Positions 1 through 13,000 of a stretch of 64,000 nt of DNA are shown one piece after another. The translations under genes and the position numbers were made by a program. Source of the stretch: Macrostomum hystrix (taxonomy: Eukaryota > Animalia > Platyhelminthes); NCBI GenBank assembly GCA_950097015.1, contig CATNEN010000039.1, positions 15,314,001 to 15,378,000 on the forward strand. The letters are read 5' to 3'. The notes beneath the pieces are model-generated. The model made no database searches, had not been told where the DNA came from, and saw only the letters and a program-made list of their open reading frames with translations. Position 1 is the first letter of the stretch, and the number at the start of each line of letters is the position of its first letter.

Positions 1-2593
1 GCCAGTGAGCGCAAGAAAAAGAAGGCCGCCTGGCTGGCGAAGCAGCGTGCCAAAAAGGAGGCGGCAGCCGGCGGCGGCGACGGGGCCGACGGTGAACTCG
101 GCCCCGGCAGCGATGCCTACAGAGATCGGGCCAAAGAGAGACGAGCCGGCGGGGGCTCGGAGGTTGAAGTGTCTGCCACCACAGATTACAGGTGAGCAGG
201 ACTGCAAAGAACAATAATCTAGATTTTTACATCATCAGAGGGATACCAGTAGTTCGCTGGTTAGAGCAACGGACTCTTTATTGAGACGTCGAGAGTTCGA
301 ATCCGCTCTTGGGTCAACAGTTAGTTTGTGTGCTTAAGGTCGCGAGTTCGAATCCACAACAGTGTATAATACCGGCATTAGCTGGGGTAAAATTCTGGTG
401 GGTCTGACAGCTTCCCACCAGCCTACGGACTGTGAAAATTTTGCATTTAGATGCTCCGCGCAATGTACATCTGGCTGAATATCTGCCACAACTATGCAAG
501 GGAAAATTTAATTAGTGTATGTACAATTCTTTCGTCAACAGATCCGTGGCTCCGGGCGCCGGCGACGCCCAGCAGACTGCTGCCAGCGCCGAACGTCGCA
601 AACAGCTGATTGAAGAGAGTAAATACCTTGGCGGCGATATGGATCACACTCACCTGGTCAAGGGTCTGGACTATGCATTGTTAGATAAGACTCGAGCTCG
701 CATTCAGGCCGCCGAGCTGGCTGGTGACACGGAGGGCGTCGACGCCGGCGGCGACGTCGGTGGCGTCGGTGTTGGCGGCGGCCGAATTGCTGCCGTCGAC
801 GTCGACGAGGTCGCCGCCGCGGCTGCCGCTGCTGAAGCCGCCGCGGCTGCCTCGGCTGCTGCAGCGGCCCTAGCGGCTTCTTCAAAGTCGTCCGCAGCAG
901 CCGCAGCCGAAGCCGCCGCCGCTGTGGCCAACGCCAAGACGGCGATGGGCCGGTCGGTGCTGCGTGTGCTACTGGACAAGGGCCGTCCGCTGCAGCGCAA
1001 CGACCTGGTAAGCGAATCGAGTTCATCAGTTCATTGTAGCCCAATTGCAACCCGCATTTCTAAGAAACACGCGCCCCGCCGCCGATTTTACGATTAGTTC
1101 GCCCCCGGCCGCATGGCCTACCGCATCGATCTCGAGGAGGAATTCGCCGAATTCGACGTGCCAACCACCATCATTCGTAGCAAGGTGGAGTGCCCGTCCG
1201 GTCCAGATAGCTCCGTCACCACAAACGACATCATCATTAGCAAGCTGGCCCAAATCATTAGCTATTTGCGAGTCGGCCGAAGACAAGCAAAGAAAGCAAA
1301 ACAGCAGCAGCAGCAGCAGCAGCCGCCGCCGCCGCAGCAACAGCAGCAGCAGGCCGGCAAGTCGGGCACCGGGCCGTCGACATCTGGAGCGCCTCCCGTC
1401 GGAGTTGGCTTCTCAATCTACGACGAAGACGAATTGGCTGCGAGTGCTGGCGCCGGTGGCGGACGGTCCGGCCGTGACCGCGACAGAGTCGACCGCGATT
1501 TGGCGGCTCGCCGGTGGGTGTCGCTCTGGCTCTTGTGGTTAATTACACTTGACCTTATACGGCATTAGTCAGTCAATATAGTATGACCACCCCATATTAA
1601 ATATCGTCGGGGTGTCTGTTGTCTGTCCGTCCAAAAACTGGTTCGGAGCTATCGTAAAGTTCGCAGTGGGTATTTGAAATACTGCTACGTGGTATTTTCT
1701 ACTGTTTATCGGTTTAAAAATTTTGCGATAATGATTAAAACCACTTGGAGTGGATTTTTATCTTCTCAATATTCAGAGACGCTCGCTCGCAGCATTACGG
1801 ACGCGATCATAGAGCTGACCGCGATCATCGAGATCGTGACCGCGATCGTGACCGCGAACGAGACCGCGAACGCGACCGCGATCGTGACCGCGATCGTGAC
1901 CGCGATCGAGACAGACGCGACCGCGATCGTGACCGCGAGCGATCCGAACGGACCTCAACCCTTCCGCCGCCGACTACGGCGACAACGGCGACAGCGTCTC
2001 AGTCGCAGGCGTCGTCTGGTCGCGCCTATTTCGATTCGGCCGACCCTGACCTGCAGCGCGAATCAATGTGGCGACCCCCGGCTTCAGCCGGTGCCGCAGC
2101 CGCCGTTGTCGGCGAATTAAAACGCGTCGCCGATTTGGCTGATCAGCCTGCGCAACAGCAGCAGCAGCGGAAGCAGGCCAGGTCGGCCATTCGAAACGAA
2201 GCCAGCGGCTATGACGAATGCTACCCCGGCTACATGGAGTCCTACGATGCTATGGGAGACTCGGACGATGAGACCGACTTCACCAAGATGGACGTTGGCA
2301 AAAAGAAGGGCCCGATTAATCGCTGGGACTTTGAGGATCCAGATCAGTACGCTTCCTTCATGGCCAGTAAGGAGGCTCTGCCTAAGGCCGCTTTTCAATA
2401 CGGCGTTAAAATGTCTGACGGACGGAAGACGAGACGACGCGAAGCCGGCGGACAGAAGGACGAAAAATCTGAGCTCAACAAACAGTGGCTACAGATTCAG
2501 ACTATGATTGGGGGCGGCGGTGGCGGCGGCAAGCGACGCAGCGGTGGTGGTGACGACAGTTCGGCGCCTCCGACGAAGGTATTCAAAGCCTGA
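1..2593 (+). CDS. IK: Protein RED / IK spliceosomal factor (5' part outside window); exons 1-191, 542-1007, 1098-1513, 1777-2593
   Basis: Spliced frame gives YRDRAKERR, ESKYLGGDMDHTHLVKGLDYALL, RNDLFAPGRMAY, an RD/RE dipeptide repeat, YDECYPG and KEALPKAAFQYGVKMSDGRKTRR, all RED-family motifs. GT-AG boundaries keep the frame. Confidence 0.95.
246..515 (+). mobile_element. Degenerate tRNA-derived SINE in an IK intron
   Basis: A-box-like GTAGTTCGCTGGTTAGAGC and two B-boxes GAGTTCGAATCC (~293, ~344). Body blocks AGCTGGGGT, AGATGCnCCGCGCAATG and ACATCTGGC are shared with the SINE at 61011-61309. Confidence 0.65.
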
Positions 2594-2754
2594 ACGTCTG
2601 CGGTGTGAAATTATTTGCTTTTAGTTTATGACTAAACTATAGCTAGCTCTTGTTTATCCGCTCTGCAAGTCTGCTTTAACAGGAAAACAAAAACTTTTAG
2701 ATTCTTTTTGTCTGAGTGACAACTTTTCGGGTGAGAATGTAACTATTTGACTCA

Positions 2755-3340
2755 AAGTGACACCACCCGGATGTGAATGAAACTATTCGATTGAGAGTAA
2801 CATCACCCAAATGCAAGAGTGACACAACCCTTAGGGGAGAGTGACACCACCCGATTGGGTAGAGTGAAACCACCTGAAGGAGAGGGTGACACCACCCGAT
2901 TGGGTAGAGTGAAACCACCTGAAGGGAGGGTGACACCACCTGAAGTGGAGAGTGACACCACCTGAAGTGGAGAGTGACACCACCTGAAGGGGAGGGTGAC
3001 ACCACCTGAAGGGGAGGGTGACACCACCTGAAGGGGAGGGTGACACCACCTGAAGGGAGGGTGACACCACCTGAAGTGGAGAGTGACACCACCCGAAGGG
3101 GATAGTGAAACCACCCGAAAGAGAGAATGAAACCACCCGATTGGCGAGAGTGAAACCACCCGAAGGGGATAGTGAAACCACCCGAAAGAGAGAATGAAAC
3201 CACGCGATTGGGGAGAGTGAAACCACCCGATTGGGGAGAGTGAAACCACCCGATTGGGGAGAGTGAAACCACCTGAAGGGGAGAGTGACATCACCCGAAA
3301 GGGAGAGTAACACCACCTGATGTGGAGAGTGAAACCACCT
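2755..3340. repeat. Minisatellite, ~21-23 bp unit (GTGACACCACCTGAAGGGGAGG-like)
   Basis: Tandem units read directly. Confidence 0.9.
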
Positions 3341-3844
3341 TACACTTATGTGTAAGTGTAAGCGAGATTTCCTAGACGGCAGTGATACCTCTATACCTTT
3401 GATACCTTTGACAATTGGGTGGGTGATGGTTGTCGTTAATCAGAATGCAGTTTGAAATAATCATCCCCTTTTAACTTTAACCGAGAGCCTGCCTGTCATT
3501 ATGTCATCAGTTGTGTACATAGTTTTCCTCCAGGCACAAGGCCTTCATCACAGTCCACACAAATTTCATCCTTCATTGGTACTTTGCACTCCTCTTTTCA
3601 GTTAGTTTCCTCTCAAAGTTTTTTGTCCTTTTGCTTATCAAACCTTCTTGTATCTAAATTTGAGAATGTTAAAGAATAGCTATTGGGCCAGTTTTTAGTA
3701 AGTCGTGCATCGATTTAATAAACTTACAGAGTTGAGCTATTTCAACTGTGCTCTGAAATGCTGAAATACAAAACTATTTGTCCGTCACCACTAGTTCATT
3801 CTACTTTTATGGCTTTTCCCACTTTCTTATTTTTTCTGCTTTCT

Positions 3845-4205
3845 CTACCTGCATCTCACCCACACCCACTGTCCATCCCTGCATCTCACCCACACCCACT
3901 GTCCATCCCTGCATCTCACCCACACCCACTGTCCATCCCTGCATCTCACCCACACCCACTGTCCATCCCTGCATCTCACCCACACCCACTGTCTTTCCCT
4001 TCATCCCACACTGTCTCTCCCTTCATCTTATCCACACTCACTGTCTCTCCCTTCATCTCATCCATACGCACAGTCTCTCCCTTCATCTCATCCATACGCA
4101 GTCTCTCCCTTCATCTCACCCACACACAGTCTCTCCCTTCATCTCACCCACACGCAGTCTCTCCCTTCATCTCACCCACACGCACTGTCCCTCCCTTTAT
4201 CTCAT
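3845..4205. repeat. Minisatellite, 30 bp unit (GCATCTCACCCACACCCACTGTCCATCCCT)
   Basis: Tandem units read directly. Confidence 0.9.
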
Positions 4206-4296
4206 CCACAGCCACACCTCGCAGTCCCCCCATGTGCTCAATTTTTTATGTTTAACTATAAAGAACTTTTGTTAAAACGGTTGCAGCTGAGCGGGC

Positions 4297-7200
4297 ATGC
4301 AGTCCTCTTCAACGGACAGCGAAGGAGATTTCAAAGCGAAATCTGATTCCGCTGCTTTGTTCCAAGATTCCGCATCTATTTTTCCTCTCAATAATAATAG
4401 TCATAGTGGCAATAGTACGTGCGAGGTCGATTCGACGGCTACGCAGACTAGATGGGCGAATTCTAGGCGACAGTCGGCGTCTAGCCTGGGTCGCCGAAAT
4501 GCCTCGTTTGGCGTTGTCAATGGCGAATTGGGCAGCGTTTTAAACGATGTAGAATTAAATGACGCCTACGGTTACAGAGACGCTAACAGGCGGAAGCAGC
4601 AGCAGCAGCAGCCAACTTTCCAGTGCCCGGCTGTGGTGCCACTGAATGTTGGAGGCGTGAGCTATATCACACGTCGTAGTACTCTGCTAAAAGATTCAGA
4701 ATCCATGCTGGCTGCAATGTTCTCTGGTGAGACATGTTTTATTATTGGCCGGAATCGAGGCTAGAATCGTATTACCTGGAATCGAAGCGAGAATCGGTTT
4801 AACTGGATTCTAAGCTAGAATCGTATCAACTGGAATCGAAGCTAGAATCTTATTATCCTAAAATCCAAGCTAGAATCGAAGGAAGAATCGATTACCTAGA
4901 ATCGAAGCGAGAATCGGGTTAACTGGATTCTAAGCTAGAATCGTATCAACTGGAATCGAAGCTAGAATCTTATTATCCTAAAATCCAAGCTAGAATCGAA
5001 GGAAGAATCGTATTACCTGGAATCGAAGCTAGAATTGTATTACCTGGAACCACAGTAAAAGTTTATATAATTAACTAGAATATAAACTAGAATCGTATTA
5101 CCTGGAATCAGAGTCTGAATCGAAGTAATTAGAATCGAAGCTAGAGTAGTATCAACTGGAATCCAAGCTAGAATAGTATCAACTGGAAATATACTCGTAT
5201 TTTCAACTTCATTTTCAGGTCGTCACGAGATGCAGCGAGATCGACACGGCTATTATTTTATAGACACAAACGGAGCCTACTTTGGCTTCATTCTTGATTA
5301 CCTGCGTCATGGCAAGCTGCCGCCGAACGAGGCGGCCCTGCCGGTGTACCAGGAGGCCGGCTACTTCGGCCTGGCGGGTCTCCAGGAGGCGCTGTCAGTA
5401 TCGCCTGCCGTAGCCAAACAGATCGTGCGCCAGAGGCACGAGGAACAATTCGCTGACTATGCGGGACTTCGAGCTAGAGTTATCGCGACAGCCATTGAAC
5501 TTGGCGTAACCACCAGATGCGCCGACCTGCTCATCTGGCCGCATCGGGTTCAGGTGAGGGTGGAATCGCACCAAGAACCGGAGCTAGAATCGCACTATAA
5601 ACCTTAGCTAGAATCACACTATGAACCGTAGCTAGAATCACACTAGGAACCGTAACTAGAATCACACTATGAACCGTAGCTAGAATCACACTGAACCGTA
5701 GCTAGAATCACACTATGAACCGTAGCTAGAATCACACTATGAACCGTAGCTACAATCACACTATGAACCGTAGCTAGAATCACACTATGAACCGTAGCTA
5801 GAATCACACTATGAACCGTAGCTAGAATCACACTATGAACCGTAGCTAGAATCACACTATGAACCGTAGCTAGAATCACACTATGAACCGTAGCTAGAAT
5901 CACACTATGAACCGTAGCTAGAATCACACTATGAACCGTAGCTAGAATCACACTATAAACCTTAGCTAGAATCACACTATGAACCGTAGCTAGAATCACA
6001 CTATGAACCGTAGCTAGAATCACACTATGAACCGTAGCTAGAATCACACTATGAACCGTAGCTAGAATCACACTATGAACCGTAGCTAGAATCACACTAT
6101 GAACCGTAGCTAGAATCACACTATGAACCGTAGCTAGAATCACACTATGAACCGTAGCTAGAATCACACTATGAACCGTAGCTAGAATCACACTATGAAC
6201 CGTAGCTAGAATCACACTATGAACCGTAGCTAGAATCACACTATGAACCGTAGCTAGAATCACACTATGAACCGTAGCTAGAATCACACTATGAACCGTA
6301 GCTAGAATCACACTATGAACCGTAGCTAGAATCACACTATGAACCGTAGCTAGAATCACACTATGAACCGTAGCTAGAATCACACTATGAACCGTAGCTA
6401 GAATCACACTAGGAACCGTAACTAGAATCACACTATGAACCGTAGCTAGAATCACACTGAACCGTAGCTAGAATCACACTATGAACCGTAGCTAGAATCA
6501 CACTATGAACCTTAGCTAGAATCACACTATGAACCGTAGCTAGAATCACACTAGGAACCGTAACTAGAATCACACTATGAACCGTAGCTAGAATCACACT
6601 GAACCGTAGCTAGAATCACACTATGAACCGTAGCTAGAATCACACTATGAACCGTAGCTACAATCACACTATGAACCGTAGCTAGAATCACACTATGAAC
6701 CGTAGCTAGAATCACACTATGAACCGTAGCTAGAATCACACTATGAACCGTAGCTAGAATCACACTATGAACCGTAGCTAGAATCACACTATGAACCGTA
6801 GCTAGAATCACACTATAAACCTTAGCTAGAATCACACTATGAACCGTAGCTAGAATCACACTATGAACCGTAGCTAGAATCACACTATGAACCGTAGCTA
6901 GAATCACACTATGAACCGTAGCTAGAATCACACTATGAACCGTAGCTAGAATCACACTATGAACCGTAGCTAGAATCACACTATGAACCGTAGCTAGAAT
7001 CACACTATGAACCTTAGCTAGAATCACACTATGAACCGTAGCTAGAATCATACCAGGAACCGTAGCTAGAATCACACTATGAACCGTAACTAGAATCACA
7101 CTATGAACCGTAGCTAGAATCATACCAGGAACCGTAGCTAGAATCACACTATGAACCGTAACTAGAATCACACTATGAACCGTAGCTAGAATCACACTAT

Positions 7201-7724
7201 GAACCGTAGCTAGAATCACACTATGAACCGTAGCTAGAATCACACTATGAACCGTAGCTAGAATCACACTATGAACCGTAGCTAGAATCACACTATGAAC
7301 CGTAGCTAGAATCACACTATGAACCGTAGCTAGAATCACACTATGAACCGTAGCTAGAATCATACCAAAAACCGTAGCTAGAATCGTACCAAGAACCGTA
7401 GCTAGAATCGTACCAAGAACCGTAGCTAGAATCGCACCAGGAACCGTAGCAAGAACCGAAGCAGGCCTTGATATATTTTTATCACCTCTCAATGACTCTT
7501 AGGCTAGCCCGCAGCACACCAGCTGTGTGGCGGAGACTGCTCACATCAAATTCGGTCCCTGGTCGGGCCAGGCAGACGAGGATACCCTGATGCGAACTCT
7601 GCACGCCGACCTGACCGACTCTGGCTACAATTTAGCCCAGCTAGAGAAGAAGCGTTGCAAATTCTTTGTCTCCGGCCAAACCTGCACCCGTCAGGCTTAC
7701 AAGCTGACTTTCCGATTTGCCTGA
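4297..7724 (+). CDS. BTB/POZ protein, KCTD7/KCTD14-like; exons 4297-4726, 5219-5553, 7503-7724
   Basis: BTB domain VVPLNVGG...TRRSTL...SMLAAMFSG|RH...YYFID...FILDYLR. C-terminal IKFGPW...LHADL...CTRQAYKLTF resembles the KCTD7/14 tail. In-frame GT-AG junctions. Start codon uncertain. Confidence 0.85.
4750..5190. repeat. Degenerate GCTAGAATCG-based repeat with an internal ~120 bp duplication (KCTD intron 1)
   Basis: 4781-4890 recurs at about 4901-5010. Confidence 0.8.
5560..7455. repeat. Minisatellite, 24 bp unit GAACCGTAGCTAGAATCACACTAT (KCTD intron 2)
   Basis: Dozens of tandem units; the variant pattern repeats at ~908 bp offset. Confidence 0.97.
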
Positions 7725-7974
7725 GCTGCAGTCTGTCTGTCACATCGCTGGACTCTTATATCCTCACCGCTTTATCACTGGTTTCCTAGCTCAGATTTAA
7801 TACACCAGTTTGGCTATCTGTGCTTTTTACTTGTAGCATCAGACAAAGCTAGCATCTTGCACCCATGCATCAGGATACCTAAATGAATCGCAGCTGGATC
7901 CGTAGTCAAATATTCTAAGGATCTTAGGTAGCTAAAATCGAAGCTGGAACTAAAATCGAATGCCAGTCTGGTCT

Positions 7975-9190
7975 ATAAATAGAATAGCAAATTCAACTAT
8001 AAATAGAATCGCAGCGTGAACTATAAATAGAATCGCAGCGTGAACTATAAATAGAATCGCAGCGTGAACTATAAATAGAATCGCAGCGTGAACTATAAAT
8101 AGAATCGCAGCGTGAACTATAAATAGAATCGCAGCGTGAACTATAAATAGAATCGCAGCGTGAACTATAAATAGAATCGCAGCTTGAACTAGAAATAGAA
8201 TCGCAGCGTGAACTATAAATAGAATCGCAGCGTGAACTAGAAATTGAATCGCAGCGTGAACTAGAAATAGAATCGCAGCGTGAACTAGAAATAGAATCGC
8301 AGCTTGAACTAGAAATAGAATCGCAGCTTGAACTAGAAATAGAATCGCAGCGTGAACTAGAAATAGAATCGCAGCGTGAACTAGAAATAGAATCGCAGCG
8401 TGAACTAGAAATAGAATCGCAGCGTGAACTAGAAATAGAATCGCAGCTTGAACTAGAAATAGAATCGCAGCTTGAACTAGAAATTGAATCGCAGCGTGAA
8501 CTAGAAATTGAATCGCAGCGTGAACTAGAAATAGAATCGCAGCGTGAACTAGAAATAGAATCGCAGCTTGAACTAGAAATAGAATCGCAGCTTGAACTAT
8601 AAATAGAATCGCAGCGTGAACTAGAAATAGAATCGCAGCTTGAACTAGAAATAGAATCGCAGCTTGAACTAGAAATAGAATCGCAGCGTGAACTATAAAT
8701 AGAATCGCAGCTTGAACTAGAAATAGAATCGCAGCGTGAACTATAAATAGAATCGCAGCGTGAACTATAAATAGAATCGCAGCGTGAACTATAAATAGAA
8801 TCGCAGCTTGAACTAGAAATAGAATCGCAGCGTGAACTAGAAATTGAATCGCAGCGTGAACTAGAAATAGAATCGCAGCGTGAACTAGAAATAGAATCGC
8901 AGCGTGAACTAGAAATAGAATCGCAGCTTGAACTAGAAATAGAATCGCAGCTTGAACTATAAATAGAATCGCAGCGTGAACTAGAAATAGAATCGCAGCT
9001 TGAACTAGAAATAGAATCGCAGCGTGAACTATAAATAGAATCGCAGCTTGAACTAGAAATAGAATCGCAGCGTGAACTATAAATAGAATCGCAGCGTGAA
9101 CTAGAAATAGAATCGCAGCGTGAACTATAAATAGAATCACTGGTTAAATTATAAATAGAATCGCAACTTATACTATAAATAAAATCGCAG
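7975..9190. repeat. Minisatellite, 24 bp unit AGAATCGCAGCGTGAACTA(T/G)AAAT
   Basis: Tandem units read directly. Confidence 0.97.
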
Positions 9191-9882
9191 TTTAACTATA
9201 AATAGATATAGACTCCTAATTAACATGCCATTTGTTATACTGTTGTTGTATAACGAATGTTGTTGTGTAAAACCATATTGTTATATCCTTTATCTAGTCT
9301 GATCTAGTCTGCTGCAAATCTAACATGGTTTCGCATTTTCCCATTATGTTTTGTCATTGAAGTATGCTTTCGTGTGAAATATGCAATCGTTTCTATTCAG
9401 TGCCCTGATGAAATTACGTAGTACTTTTTTGTTATGAAAGCAATCTCCATATTAAAAAAGCATAATCACGTTTTCTTACGAATTCAAGGCGAAAACTGTC
9501 CACTAAGTACAATGTCCTGATTTCATAAATGCATCATTTTCACCCTATTAAAGCCATCTTCCTGATTTTCTTAGCTCCGGGCGCTTTCTATGTTAGTTTT
9601 TGTCTCTCAACTGTGATAATAAAATTGACTATTTATTTTTCACGCGCACAGTTTCCTACTATCGATGCCGGCAGCAGTAGTGCTGTTTGTTTACACCTGT
9701 CTAAATAGAAGGTAAATTCTTTAAAGTTAAAGTAAAGCTGTGGATTGAAAATATAGCCAGCTTCAAATGTTGCCTTGGTTTGTTCGATCAAATCTAGGTA
9801 TATATACATTTTTAGGTATGACAAATAGAAATTATATGATTATTAGGTCTATACATATTATAAATAGGTCTATAGATATGAT

Positions 9883-9959
9883 CGCTTGTAGCCCAGTTTT
9901 TAGAGCTTTGGACTTCTGACCGGGAGTGGTCAGGTGTTCGAATCTCATTCGGTGCAAGC
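9883..9959 (+). pseudogene. Degenerate tRNA-like sequence (pseudo-tRNA or SINE head)
   Basis: GTAGCCCAG..TTAGAGC, GACTTCTGA loop, GTTCGAATC B-box, GCTTG/CAAGC ends; stems imperfect. Confidence 0.45.
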
Positions 9960-10074
9960 TGCTTTGCCACTTGCTTGCTTAATTGCGCAAGGTAAAATTA
10001 TCAAAATTAATATTTTTCAGCCTTCAAAAGCCCAGTTATTTGTGTAACTTACTAACAACAGCAAGAGCGGCACA

Positions 10075-13000
10075 ATGACAAGCACCTTACTGTCCGGCAT
10101 CCCTAGCAACCTGCTGGTTGAGCTGGAATGCCAGTTCTCATCCAGTGGCCAGCTGCAACTAGCCGAATTAGCCACCCAGCGGCATAAACTGTTCGACGTT
10201 GCTCTAGATCGTCGCCTAGTAGACCAGCTGACTAGTACAAGCTCTTTCGCGTTCAATGCGGCCGAGGTGAAGCCGGTCACTGACCAGAAGCACAGCGGCC
10301 GCTGTTGGCTATTCGCCGCTCTTAATCTAGTCCGCATTCCACTGGCTAAAAAGCTGGGGTTAGCCGAACTAGAACTGTCACAGAGTCACCTGTTCTTCTG
10401 GGACAAACTGGAGCGCGGCTATTATTTTCTGCACTGCTATCTGGACTGCGCACTGCGCGGCGAGCCTTTGGAAGGCCGACTGTGGCAGCATCTGTTGCAC
10501 AATCCTGCTGAGGACGGCGGACAATGGGATATGATTGTTAACCTGGTGAGTTTCTTTGTCGGGTCTTGCTTCCTGGTCCTTCAAGACTGTCTTTCCTGCA
10601 CCTTCAGGACTGTCTTTCCTGTTCATTCAGGACTGTCTTTCCTGCTCCTTCAGGACTGTCTTTCCTGTTCATTCAGGACTGTCTTTCCTGCTCCTTCAGG
10701 ACTGTCTCTCCTGTTCATTCAGGACTGTCATTTCTGATCCAATTCAATACTGTTTTACTAGTTTTATCATACTTTAGAGTCGTTTTGGTATTTTTGCAGT
10801 CAAGCGCTGTCATTTAGTTATTTTAGTCAGAACCCCCATTTTCGTTTTTTAAAAAAACGCTTATGTTTTTAGCTACTATAAGTAGAGCATTTTTGCAAAA
10901 AACGCTATATTTAATATTTTACGAAAAAAATACGAAAAATTCATAATAAATTTACAACAGTTAAAAAATAAATTTATTTGTATTTTCGTTTTAGATCGTT
11001 TGTGACCCTGTATGAAAAAAAAATAAAAAATATACGCCCGAACGGGGACTCGAACCCCGGACCCTCAGATTAAAAGTCTGATGCTCTACCGACTGAGCTA
11101 TCCGGGCTCCAGGGTTAGGTAGTGCTTTCTGTCGTTTTTATATATTTGGGCCAGTTTTAGCCAATTTCGAGCGATTTGTTAGGTGAAGTCGGGTAAATTG
11201 GTAGTAAAACTGCTCGATTAGCAACAAATTATTTGATCACCTACTGCCTGCTGTACTTATCATTATTTTTATGGCTATCTTACTACCGACAAAGTTCATG
11301 AAATTTACTAGCTCCTTTATTACCGGATCCGGGTCATTTCGTATACTTCCATTTCGTCAAATAGACACTTCGTCAACTTATAGGCTTTCCATAAAGTATC
11401 CGATTTCTTGGGTCACATCGTCAAAATATGCACTCGTTCATTCGCCATTTCGTCAAATCAAATATTTGATTATATTTTATTTGCTATTAACCTCTTCCTA
11501 AACCCCTTATGGCCATTACGTAAGTCTTATAACCATTTTCGTAGGTCCTTTATGACCATCTTCTTAGGTCCTTTATGACCATTTTCTTAGGTCCTTTATG
11601 ACCCTCTTCTTATGTCCTTTATGACCCTCTTCTTAGGTCCTTTATGACCCTCTTCTTAGGTCCTTTATGACCAATTTCTTAGGTCCTTTATGACCATCTT
11701 CTTAGGTCCTTTATGACCATTTTCTTAGGTCCTTTATGACCCTCTTCTTATGTCCTTTATGACCCTCTTCTTAGGTCTTTTATGACCCTCTTCTTAGGTC
11801 CTTTATGACCAATTTCTTAGGTCCTTTATGACCCTCTTCTTAGGTCCTTTATGACCCTCTTCTTAGGTCCTTTATGGCCACCTTCTTAGGTTCTTTATGG
11901 CCACCTTCTTAGGTCCTTTATGACCATTTTCTTAGGTCCTTAATGACCAATTTTCTTAGGTCCTTTATGACCATTTTCTTAGGTCGTTTATGGCCACCTT
12001 CTTAGGTCTTTTATGGCCACCTTCTTAGGTCCTTTGTGGCCACCTTCTTAGGTCCTTTATGGCCACCTTCTTAGGTCCTTTATGACCTTCTTAGGTCCTT
12101 TATGGCCATCTGCCTAGACCCTTTATGACCATCTACGTAAATCCTCCATTCCGGGGTGATTTCGTGCCCTGAATTTATCTTTCGGCATTCCGTCAGGTCG
12201 AGAAGCACGGCATTGTGCCGAAGCAGTGCTGGACAGAGCCGCTCGCCTCGCAGGAGTCGATGCAATTCAACTTCTGGCTAAACACCTGGCACAGGCAGAG
12301 CGCCAAGCGCATCCGAGATCTGCACATCGCCGGCCAGACTGCCGACCAAATTCGGGCCTACATCGACGCTGAACTTCTGCCGGAGTTGTACCGCTTCTGT
12401 TGCGCCTGCATCGGCCGTCCCCCGGCTCGCTTCACCTTCGAGTACGCCGCCAACAACGACAGCGCCGGCGACGCCGCTGTCGCCGCCACCTCTTCTTCGG
12501 CTGGTGCCGAAAGGGCCGGAGCTGCTAATAAATACCGACGCATTGGGCCAGTGACGCCTGTGCAGTTCTATCAGGAGCAAGTCAAGCCTCTGGTTAATCT
12601 GGGCGCTCAGGTGTGCAACATCTTCAGTATCCGTAGCTTTGATTTGAAGTTATAACCTATCACTGACCTGCTTCCACTCTTTGACCCACCATTGACCTAC
12701 CACTGACCTGCTTCCACTCTTTGACCCACCATTGACCTACCACTGACCAGCTTCCACTCTTTGATGCCCATTGACCTACCACTGACCTGCTTCCACTCTT
12801 TGACCCACCATTGACCTACCACTGACCTGCTTCCACTCTTTGATGCCCATTGACCTACCACTGAACTGCTTACACTCTTTGATGCCCATTGACCTATCAC
12901 TGACCAGCTTCCACTCTTTGACCCACCATTGACCTACCACTGACCTGCTTCCACTCTTTGATGCCCATTGACCTACCACTGAACTGCTTACACTCTTTGA

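Noticed and set aside
1580-1670. Helentron/DINE-like fragment (GTCTGTCCGTCC) in an IK intron
   Set aside because: Too short, with no subterminal inverted repeats or hairpin identified
658-2507. Alternative-frame and antisense ORFs over IK exons
   Set aside because: They are shadow ORFs of GC-rich poly-Ala, poly-Gln and RD coding sequence
5667-9140. Long repetitive ORFs (ILATVHSV, AAILFLVH)
   Set aside because: They are stop-free frames of 24 bp minisatellites in intronic or intergenic DNA, with no unique coding flanks
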